Notes under the pieces: generated by a model
What the model saw: the letters and a program-made list of their open reading frames with translations, nothing else
Databases searched by the model: none
Told to the model about the DNA's origin: nothing
NCBI GenBank assembly: GCA_039588255.1
Contig: JBDHAF010000007.1
Coordinates: 38,137-102,136, forward strand
Direction of reading: 5' to 3'
Source: Gemmatimonadota bacterium
GTDB lineage: Bacteria > Gemmatimonadota > Gemmatimonadetes > Gemmatimonadales > GWC2-71-9
Length of the DNA: 64,000 nt
Program-made: the position numbers and the translations under genes
In this document: positions 54,750 to 64,000 of the stretch, piece after piece
Layout: the number at the start of each line of letters is the position of its first letter
Numbering within the stretch: the first letter of the stretch is position 1

Positions 54750-56093
54750 TCAGGGAATACGTGAAGCGCCGCGCATCAACTCTTCGATTGCCTCCACGGT
54801 GCGCGGGGCATTGGCGGATAGAATCTCGGCGCCGGTTGCCGTCACCAATATGTCATCCTCGATCCGGATACCGAGGTTCTCGTCGTTGATGTACAGCCCA
54901 GGCTCGATAGTGAAGACCGCGCCGGCCTGCAACGGCAGTCTCCGGTCACCCACGTCGTGCACGCGCATGCCCAAGTGGTGGCTGATACCGTGCAGGGAAT
55001 AGCGATTGCACGACTGCCCGCCGCACAGCTCGCCGCTGTGCTCGTCGACGTAGGACCGGGCAATCCCGTTGAGCTCCTCGAAGGTGACACCGGGGCGCAC
55101 TGCGTCGATCGCCGCCTGCTGCGCTCCGAGAACCAGGCTGTAAATGTCCCGCTGGCGCGGAGTGAATCTGCCGTTTACCGGGATCGTGCGAGTCACGTCG
55201 GCGGTGTACTGCCCGTACTCGGCCCCGATGTCCATCACCACCACGTCGCCGGCCCCCATGCGCCGGCGGTTGATGTCGTAGTGCAAAGTCGTGCTGTTGG
55301 GACCCGATCCCACAATGGACGGAAAACCGACGCGATCGGCGCCGTTGACGCGGAACGTGTACTCGATCTCCGCCTCGAGTTGGTACTCGTACATGTTTGG
55401 CCGCACCGCCTGCATCGCCGCCCGATGCGCCAAGGCCGTGATGTCGATGGCCCGGCGCAGCCGCACCATCTCGGCGTCGTCCTTCACCGTCCGCAGGCTG
55501 TCGAGCAGGGGCCGGACGTCGATCAGCTCCTCGGCGGGGTCCAACCACCGCCGAATACGCCCGCTACCCTCCGACTGGCGCGCCACGACCGTGCGGAGCG
55601 GCCCGCCGCTCTGGCTCAGCGACGCCGCCATCAGGCTGTCGAGGGCGTCGAGGGACAGCACCGACATCACACCAGTCAGCTCTGCCGCCTCGGGGCCCGG
55701 GCCGAGCTTCCGGCCCGTCCACTGCTCCTGGCGCACGTTGCGCCGCGGGAGGACGAGGTGGGATTGCTCCACCCCCGACGCCCCGGCGGCGATGACCAAC
55801 CACGCATTGGGGGACTCGAGCCCCGTGAGATAGAAGAAGTAATCGTCTTGGCGAAAATCGTTGTCCTGCAGCACGAGATCTTCCAAGTCGCGGGATGTGG
55901 CCGCCGGGATCACGATGACCCCCGGCCCGGTGTGCAGTGCGAGCTGCTGACGTCGAAGCCGAGTGGCCTCCACGTCGACCGGCCGGCCGTAGCCGGGCAG
56001 AGCGGCGACAGGGTCGGGCGCCGGCCCGAGTGATTGCGCAGAGACGGGATTGACCGCGAGAACCAGGGCAAGACCAGCCAGGCGGATTATCAT
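54750..56093 (-). CDS. Secreted Xaa-Pro aminopeptidase (M24B, aminopeptidase P family)
   Basis: Signal peptide MIIRLAGLALVLAVNPVSAQ. M24 metal-ligand blocks VVMDIGAEYGQYTADVTRT, HGISHHLGMRVHD, FTIEPGLY and IRIEDDILV. Confidence 0.85.
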   Translation of the reverse strand: MIIRLAGLALVLAVNPVSAQSLGPAPDPVAALPGYGRPVDVEATRLRRQQLALHTGPGVIVIPAATSRDLEDLVLQDNDFRQDDYFFYLTGLESPNAWLVIAAGASGVEQSHLVLPRRNVRQEQWTGRKLGPGPEAAELTGVMSVLSLDALDSLMAASLSQSGGPLRTVVARQSEGSGRIRRWLDPAEELIDVRPLLDSLRTVKDDAEMVRLRRAIDITALAHRAAMQAVRPNMYEYQLEAEIEYTFRVNGADRVGFPSIVGSGPNSTTLHYDINRRRMGAGDVVVMDIGAEYGQYTADVTRTIPVNGRFTPRQRDIYSLVLGAQQAAIDAVRPGVTFEELNGIARSYVDEHSGELCGGQSCNRYSLHGISHHLGMRVHDVGDRRLPLQAGAVFTIEPGLYINDENLGIRIEDDILVTATGAEILSANAPRTVEAIEELMRGASRIP

Positions 56094-56201
56094 GAAGTCC
56101 TCTAACTCTCTCTCAAATCGTCACTTTCGGATTCTAGCGCCTTGACTCGGCTCCGTCGAGTCCGCCAACTTCCGACGTGTCGAACCCCCCGGAGCGCACC
56201 T

Positions 56202-59002
<2,801 letters not shown>

Positions 59003-59038
59003 GTTGCCCTATTCGACCCGAACCAATTTGGTGAACCC

Positions 59039-59587
59039 ATGACGGCAGCAGACAGCGCGAGCTTGGTGTGCGTAGGACCGGCGACGTTGCGTGCATTGCA
59101 TGAGTCACTCGAGCGCACCCTGGGCGACCAGGCGGCACCGCTTCTCCAAGAAGTGGGATATGCCTCGGGCCCCGAGCTCTTTCAAGCGTTCAAGTCGTGG
59201 TTGGGAACGCGGGCGAATGTCGCCGAGCCCGCAGAACTCGACGCGTCGTTTTTGGGTCCGATGGTGTCTGAATTCTTCGAAGAGATAGGATGGGGTACGC
59301 TCACCATCGAACAGCTGGGCGATGCCACGTTTGCCATCGACACAACGGATTGGGTCGAGGTCGGCGACGACACTGCGGCCCCCGTGCCTTCCTGTCACCT
59401 CACCACGGGCCTCCTGGCGGCATTCTTGACCGAGCTCGCCGGCGACGTCGTGGCCGTGATGCAGGTCGAGTGCCTCACTTGCGGTGACGATCGTTGCCGG
59501 TTTCTGGCAGGGGCTCCCGCGGCTCTGCAGCGGGTTTTCGACGCCATGACCGAGGGCAAGCACTACACCGAACTCCTCACCACCTGA
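59039..59587 (+). CDS. V4R (4-vinyl reductase-like) domain protein
   Basis: ...PSCHLTTGLLAAFLTELAGDVVAVMQVECLTCGDDRCRFLAG matches the C...G..G.....E..C...G...C.F pattern of V4R domains. Confidence 0.6.
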   Translation: MTAADSASLVCVGPATLRALHESLERTLGDQAAPLLQEVGYASGPELFQAFKSWLGTRANVAEPAELDASFLGPMVSEFFEEIGWGTLTIEQLGDATFAIDTTDWVEVGDDTAAPVPSCHLTTGLLAAFLTELAGDVVAVMQVECLTCGDDRCRFLAGAPAALQRVFDAMTEGKHYTELLTT

Positions 59588-59690
59588 CCGCCGCGCACCC
59601 GATACGGCGTTCATCCACCGAAACTGGCTACCACGCCGATTAGGGCCGCGTTGCCAAGAAAATTGGTGTACGGTATCTTGACGCTCAGCT

Positions 59691-60125
59691 ATGGCCTTCT
59701 GGAATCGTCTCTTCAAGCGCCGCAAGCGCCGTGACCTCCGACCTCAACGCCTGGATTACTTGAACGAGGCGCTGGCTCTCGAGCGACAGGGCGATTTCGA
59801 CGCGGCGCTCACTTCGTACCGCCTCGCGCTCCGCGACCACCCAACCGATATCCGGGTGTTGCAGAACATCGCCATCGCCTTTTCCAAAGCGGAACAGCAT
59901 GACGAGGCCATCCGCTACTACCGCAAGGCCCTCGATATCGATAGTACCTTGATGGGAGCGCATTACGGCCTGGCATTTCTCTTGATCAAGCGGGGTGAAA
60001 CCGAGGCGGCGGTCACCCATCTCAAAGCCTTTCTCGCAAATCCGCCGCGGGACGCCGAAGCACAAAAGTGGATCGACCACGCGCAACACACGCTGCAAAA
60101 TCTCGGGTACGTGGAGGAATTCTGA
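59691..60125 (+). CDS. TPR-repeat protein
   Basis: YLNEALALERQGDFDAALTSYRLALRDHPTD / AIAFSKAEQHDEAIRYYRKALDIDS / GLAFLLIKRGETEAAVTHLKAFL: three TPR-like units. Confidence 0.65.
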   Translation: MAFWNRLFKRRKRRDLRPQRLDYLNEALALERQGDFDAALTSYRLALRDHPTDIRVLQNIAIAFSKAEQHDEAIRYYRKALDIDSTLMGAHYGLAFLLIKRGETEAAVTHLKAFLANPPRDAEAQKWIDHAQHTLQNLGYVEEF

Positions 60126-60529
60126 GTCCACTGGCTCGAGCCGCCCTCGTCACGACCGTCACGGCCGCGTGTTCGATCTTCACGGCTGATTTCGATCGCA
60201 TCGTCGCGCTCCAGGTGGACCCGGCGAACCGCGGCATGGTGGTCGGCGACACCCTTCAGCTGGAAGCCCAAGCGATCAACGCTGCCGGCCAGACCGTCGC
60301 CGAGGCAGAGGTGTTCTGGGCGATCATCGACGTGGACTCCGGGCAAATCGGCTTCACCCTCGACACGCTGACGGGTCTGGTGGCCGCCCATCAACCCGGC
60401 TCCGGGCAGGTGCAAGCGCGGGTGGAGAACATCCGATCCAACCCCATCACCATCACGGTGCAGCTACCACCGGCGACGCTTTCTCGATGGCGGAGACCGG
60501 GCATGTACGCGTATCGGAGGCCGTCGTGA
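60068..60529 (+). CDS. Putative lipoprotein with a Big_2 Ig-like domain (start uncertain: GTG 60068 or CTG 60122)
   Basis: Lipobox VTAACS. IVALQVDPANRGMVVGDTLQLEAQAINAAGQTV...WAIIDVDSG...GLVAAHQPGSGQVQARV is Big_2-like. The stop overlaps the next start (GTGA 60526-29). Confidence 0.55.
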   Translation: MDRPRATHAAKSRVRGGILSPLARAALVTTVTAACSIFTADFDRIVALQVDPANRGMVVGDTLQLEAQAINAAGQTVAEAEVFWAIIDVDSGQIGFTLDTLTGLVAAHQPGSGQVQARVENIRSNPITITVQLPPATLSRWRRPGMYAYRRPS

Positions 60530-62313
60530 CCGCGCCCCAAACCATACCGCAACTCTTCTTTGATGCGGTCGATCGGTTTGGCACCAAGCGGGCCGCCCTC
60601 CGCTACAAGGCGGACGGCACCTGGCACGACATCACCCACCAGGAGTTCGCCCGCCGTGTCAAGCACATCGGTCTTGGTCTTCGCGAGCTGGGGATCGAGC
60701 CGGGAGACCGGGTGGCCATTCTTGCCACGAACCGTCCGGAGTGGGCCATCGCCGATCTCGGCAGCCTCACGGTCGGTTGCACCGACGTGTCGGTCTACCC
60801 GAGTCTCATGCCGCACCAGGTCCGCTACATCCTCCAGGACTCGGGAAGCTCAGCCGTTTTCGTCGAGGACATGGGCCAGCTCGATAAAGTGTTGCAGATC
60901 CGCGATGAGGTATCGTCCCTGAAACACGTGATCGCCTTCGAGCACGACGGCGCGGCACCGGCTTTGACGTTCCACGAGCTCGCGCTGATGGGCGAGGCGG
61001 CCGAGAAGAAGTACGCGACGTATCACGACGATGCCCTGGCCATACCGCCCGACGCCGTCGCGACAATCATCTACACGTCCGGAACGACAGGCGACCCCAA
61101 GGGCGTGATGTTGACGCACGGCAACCTGACGCGCAACGTCCAGGCCGCGCTCGAAGTCTTGCCCGTGAGCGCCAACGATGTTTGCCTTTCGGTTCTCCCG
61201 TTGTCCCACGCGTTCGAGCGAAACGCCGGCTTCTACGTCATGATAGGCGCCGGCGCCACCATCGCCTATGCGGAAGACCTGAACTCCGTCGGTCCGAACC
61301 TCAAGGAAATCAAGCCCACCGTCATGCTGGCCGTGCCCCGGCTTTATGAAAAGATGTATGCCAGAGTACTCGAGCGGGCGTTGTCCGGCGGTGCCGTGAA
61401 GAAACGGATCTTCCTGTGGGCACGGAGAACCGCGGACCGTTGGGCCAACCGCAGGCTCGCCAAGGAGCCCATTCCGGCCCCGCTCGCGTTTGCCTACCGT
61501 ATCGCCGATCGCCTCGTGTTCTCCAAGCTGAAAGCGCAGACGGGCGGGAGAATGCGGTTCTTCGTTTCAGGAGCGGCACCGCTGTTGCCGGAAATCGCCA
61601 AGTTCTTCTACGCGGCCGGCCTCCCGATCCTCGAGGGGTACGGGCTGACCGAGACCGCACCCATCATCAGCGTCAACCCGCTCGAGGCTCCTCGCGTCGG
61701 GACGGTCGGGATCTTCCTACCCGGTATCGACCACCGGATTGCCGACGACGGCGAGATCCTCGTGCGGGGCCCCAACGTGATGCAGGGCTACTACCACAAA
61801 TCTGAAAAGACCAGGGAAGTGATCGACGAGGACGGATGGTTTCACACCGGAGACATCGGCGAGGTCGACGACGCCGGCTATCTGCGCATCACGGATCGCA
61901 AGAAGGACATCATCGTGACCGCGGGCGGCAAGAACATTGCGCCACAGCCGATCGAGAACCGCGTCAAGGTCAGCACCTTCGTCGCCAACGCCGTCATGAT
62001 CGGGGACAAGCGCAAGTTTCCCATCATCCTCGTGGTGCCGGAGCGCGACGCCCTCAAGAATTGGGCGAAGGAGCGCAGCCTCGCTTCGGACGATCCCTCT
62101 CAACTCCTCGAGCTCCCCGACGTCACGGCAAAAATCGAGCGCGAAGTCATGGTGACGCTGCGGGATCTGGCCGGTTATCAGATGCCGAAAAAAATCGTTA
62201 TCATCGACGAGGATTTTACCGAAGAAAACGGCGCGCTCACCCCATCCCTCAAGGTGAAGCGGCACGTCATCGAAGAGCGGTACCGGGACCGCATCGAAGC
62301 CTGTTACGAGTAG
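60526..62313 (+). CDS. Long-chain fatty acid-CoA ligase (AMP-dependent synthetase)
   Basis: GTG 60526 lies 5 nt after GGAGG and overlaps the upstream stop. An alternative ATG is at 60487. AMP-binding motif IIYTSGTTGDPKGVMLTH, GYGLTET, TGDIGEVDDAGYLRITDRKKD and GKNIAP. Confidence 0.9.
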   Translation: MTAPQTIPQLFFDAVDRFGTKRAALRYKADGTWHDITHQEFARRVKHIGLGLRELGIEPGDRVAILATNRPEWAIADLGSLTVGCTDVSVYPSLMPHQVRYILQDSGSSAVFVEDMGQLDKVLQIRDEVSSLKHVIAFEHDGAAPALTFHELALMGEAAEKKYATYHDDALAIPPDAVATIIYTSGTTGDPKGVMLTHGNLTRNVQAALEVLPVSANDVCLSVLPLSHAFERNAGFYVMIGAGATIAYAEDLNSVGPNLKEIKPTVMLAVPRLYEKMYARVLERALSGGAVKKRIFLWARRTADRWANRRLAKEPIPAPLAFAYRIADRLVFSKLKAQTGGRMRFFVSGAAPLLPEIAKFFYAAGLPILEGYGLTETAPIISVNPLEAPRVGTVGIFLPGIDHRIADDGEILVRGPNVMQGYYHKSEKTREVIDEDGWFHTGDIGEVDDAGYLRITDRKKDIIVTAGGKNIAPQPIENRVKVSTFVANAVMIGDKRKFPIILVVPERDALKNWAKERSLASDDPSQLLELPDVTAKIEREVMVTLRDLAGYQMPKKIVIIDEDFTEENGALTPSLKVKRHVIEERYRDRIEACYE

Positions 62314-62314
62314 A

Positions 62315-62914
62315 TCAGGTCTTTTGCCCCACCCACAGACCCTCACCAGAAGCGAGCTGCTCGACGTTCGGGATGTTCACGCCTTCTAGTAGCACCACGA
62401 CCCGAAGGCCCTTCAACAAGACTCGCTCCCCTTCGGACAACCACGGCTCGATGCCGTACTCCCGGCCGATCACCACCCCGCGGGCCATCGAGCTGCGCAG
62501 CGGAACGGGCACCGGCCCGCGCAACACGCTCATCGCCAGGAACGGCTCGACCTCCTCCGGGGGATTGATGGCCACGAAGTGCACCCCCCCGATGTGGTCG
62601 GCGAGGTCGGCGGCGACATGCGCCGCCGACCCCATCAGGACGATGTAGCCGCCCGGCGCCGTCACGCCCAGCAGCGCCTGCACCGTGGCCGCGTCGGTGG
62701 ACACCGCCCCTGGTGCCGCCGGCAGCTCCACCAGCGGGTCGGCAGAACGAAAATCGGCGATTCCGCCATCGATGCGGTACTCCCGCTTCGACACCGGACA
62801 CGCAATAGTACCGGTCATTACCATACGGCCGACCATCTTGTCCGGCAGGACGATGCAGACGGATTCGGTCGTATCAATTGGACAACGAAGAAACTCGACG
62901 AGCTCTACAAACAT
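62315..62914 (-). CDS. Hypothetical protein with Trm112-like N-terminal motif
   Basis: ATG 62914. MFVELVEFLRCPIDTTESVCIVLPDKMVGRMVMTGTIACPVSKREYRIDGGIADF resembles Trm112/YcaR-type small zinc-ribbon folds. The rest is unassigned. Confidence 0.45.
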   Translation of the reverse strand: MFVELVEFLRCPIDTTESVCIVLPDKMVGRMVMTGTIACPVSKREYRIDGGIADFRSADPLVELPAAPGAVSTDAATVQALLGVTAPGGYIVLMGSAAHVAADLADHIGGVHFVAINPPEEVEPFLAMSVLRGPVPVPLRSSMARGVVIGREYGIEPWLSEGERVLLKGLRVVVLLEGVNIPNVEQLASGEGLWVGQKT

Positions 62915-64000
62915 GTCGAGATGCAACGGTCGGCCCAAGCGAGCATCAGGTCGCCGGCTAGCTCGATATCCTCTGCTCGCGAATCTTCGGCGGGGTTGTG
63001 GCTCACGCCGTCAATACTGGGGATGAAGAACATCGATGCCGGGCAGCGGTGGGCGGCCTGTTGCGTGTCGTGACCGGCCATGGACGGCAGCGTGCGAAAC
63101 GGGATGTTGCGTTGTTCCAGAAGCTCTGCCAAGAGACCGTTGAGCAAAGCGTCAGTGGGCGTCGCCGCGACGGACACCACCGGTTCCAACTCGACGGCGG
63201 CACACCGGCCGCCGGGCACCGCCGGTTTCGCCTCAGCGATCAGCGAACGTAATCGGGCTTCGATGGTGTTCAGTGTCGCTTCGTCCTGCCCGCGAATCTC
63301 CACAATCGCGCTACTGCGCCCCGGCACGACGTTCGGCGCTCCGGGCTCGACCTGCAACCGGCCGCACGTAATCACCGCATCCTCCAAATCGTCCACCAAG
63401 CCAGGAGACCGGGCCACCACATCCGCAACCGGAACCAGCGCATCCACGCGACGACGCATGTCGGTGGTGCCTGCGTGGTTCGCCATTCCCCGCCCCGCCA
63501 GCTTGAACCGTCGGATGCCCACGATCCCAGATACCACTCCCACCCGACAGTCGTGGGACACCAACCGCTCGCCCTGCTCGATGTGGCATTCCAGAAACGC
63601 CGCAGCATGGATCGGGGGCCGGTACGTGCAGCAACCACCAGGATCGGGAACGACGTCGCGAAGCCGTACGCCGTCGGTGCTCTGGACCTCGAGGTCACTC
63701 GCCACGCATTCGCCGGCGAACACACTCGACCCGAACAAACCGGTGTTGAATCGCACGCCTTCTTCGTCGCGGAAGATCACCAACCCCACGTGGGGATCCG
63801 CCGTGCCCCCATCCACTCTGCACTGGAGCGCGTGCATTCCGGCCACGACACCCAGTGCACCGTCGAGCCACCCGCCCTCGATTACCGTGTCGAGATGACT
63901 CCCGATGAGCATGATGGGCCTCGCGCCCTGGAGGGAGTCGGTCGGCACGATGAAGGTATTCCCGGCCGCGTCTTCCTCCCGCGAGAGTCCAGGAATGGCC
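62905..64000 (-). CDS. M20-family Zn-dependent amidohydrolase (allantoate amidohydrolase / N-carbamoyl-L-amino-acid hydrolase type); N-terminus outside the window
   Basis: The frame is open to the window edge (...DAAGNTFIVPTD...). IMLIGSHLDTVIEGGWLDGALGVVAGMHAL, GMANHAGTTDM and HNPAEDS are typical of this amidase family. Confidence 0.8.
   Translation of the reverse strand, partial: AIPGLSREEDAAGNTFIVPTDSLQGARPIMLIGSHLDTVIEGGWLDGALGVVAGMHALQCRVDGGTADPHVGLVIFRDEEGVRFNTGLFGSSVFAGECVASDLEVQSTDGVRLRDVVPDPGGCCTYRPPIHAAAFLECHIEQGERLVSHDCRVGVVSGIVGIRRFKLAGRGMANHAGTTDMRRRVDALVPVADVVARSPGLVDDLEDAVITCGRLQVEPGAPNVVPGRSSAIVEIRGQDEATLNTIEARLRSLIAEAKPAVPGGRCAAVELEPVVSVAATPTDALLNGLLAELLEQRNIPFRTLPSMAGHDTQQAAHRCPASMFFIPSIDGVSHNPAEDSRAEDIELAGDLMLAWADRCISTCL

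Overview
High-GC, tightly packed bacterial chromosomal window. I can support about 55 protein-coding genes, 6 gene remnants or pseudogenes (one is an IS91-family transposase relic), 2 hairpin terminators and 2 candidate operator palindromes. I found no rRNA, tRNA, CRISPR array or intact mobile element. The gene content suggests a Gemmatimonadota/Acidobacteriota-like organism, but this is inference only: a PadR + ADOP-type duplicated FtsX permease pair, many exported TolB-propeller/M28/M23/M19/M24/S9 peptidases, three Hanks-type Ser/Thr kinases, twin-arginine-signal enzymes, and frequent 4-nt start/stop overlaps. Much of the window is ordinary: ligA, class I aldolase, fdhD, yajQ, acyl-CoA synthetase, and a tesA/ybbA/ybbP-like module. 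The best candidates for something undescribed are: (1) a 900-aa soluble protein that fuses a PadR winged-helix domain to a full hybrid histidine kinase (PAS-HisKA-HATPase-REC-REC-HPt). It has a perfect inverted repeat in its own promoter and is followed co-directionally by a zinc-ribbon/Big_2/NTF2 Ser/Thr kinase and an outer-membrane barrel (9.8-16.4 kb). (2) A 987-aa coiled-coil protein with no recognisable enzymatic domain, placed directly upstream of a Ser/Thr kinase with four C-terminal zinc ribbons and divergent from a GroES-like/LMW-phosphatase operon (49.0-54.4 kb). (3) A lower-GC, decaying islet (19.2-23.4 kb) carrying an unlisted 54-codon glycine-zipper ORF translationally coupled to a response regulator with a Cys4 C-terminal module. 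All domain calls come from reading the translations by eye. None has been verified by HMM or database search.
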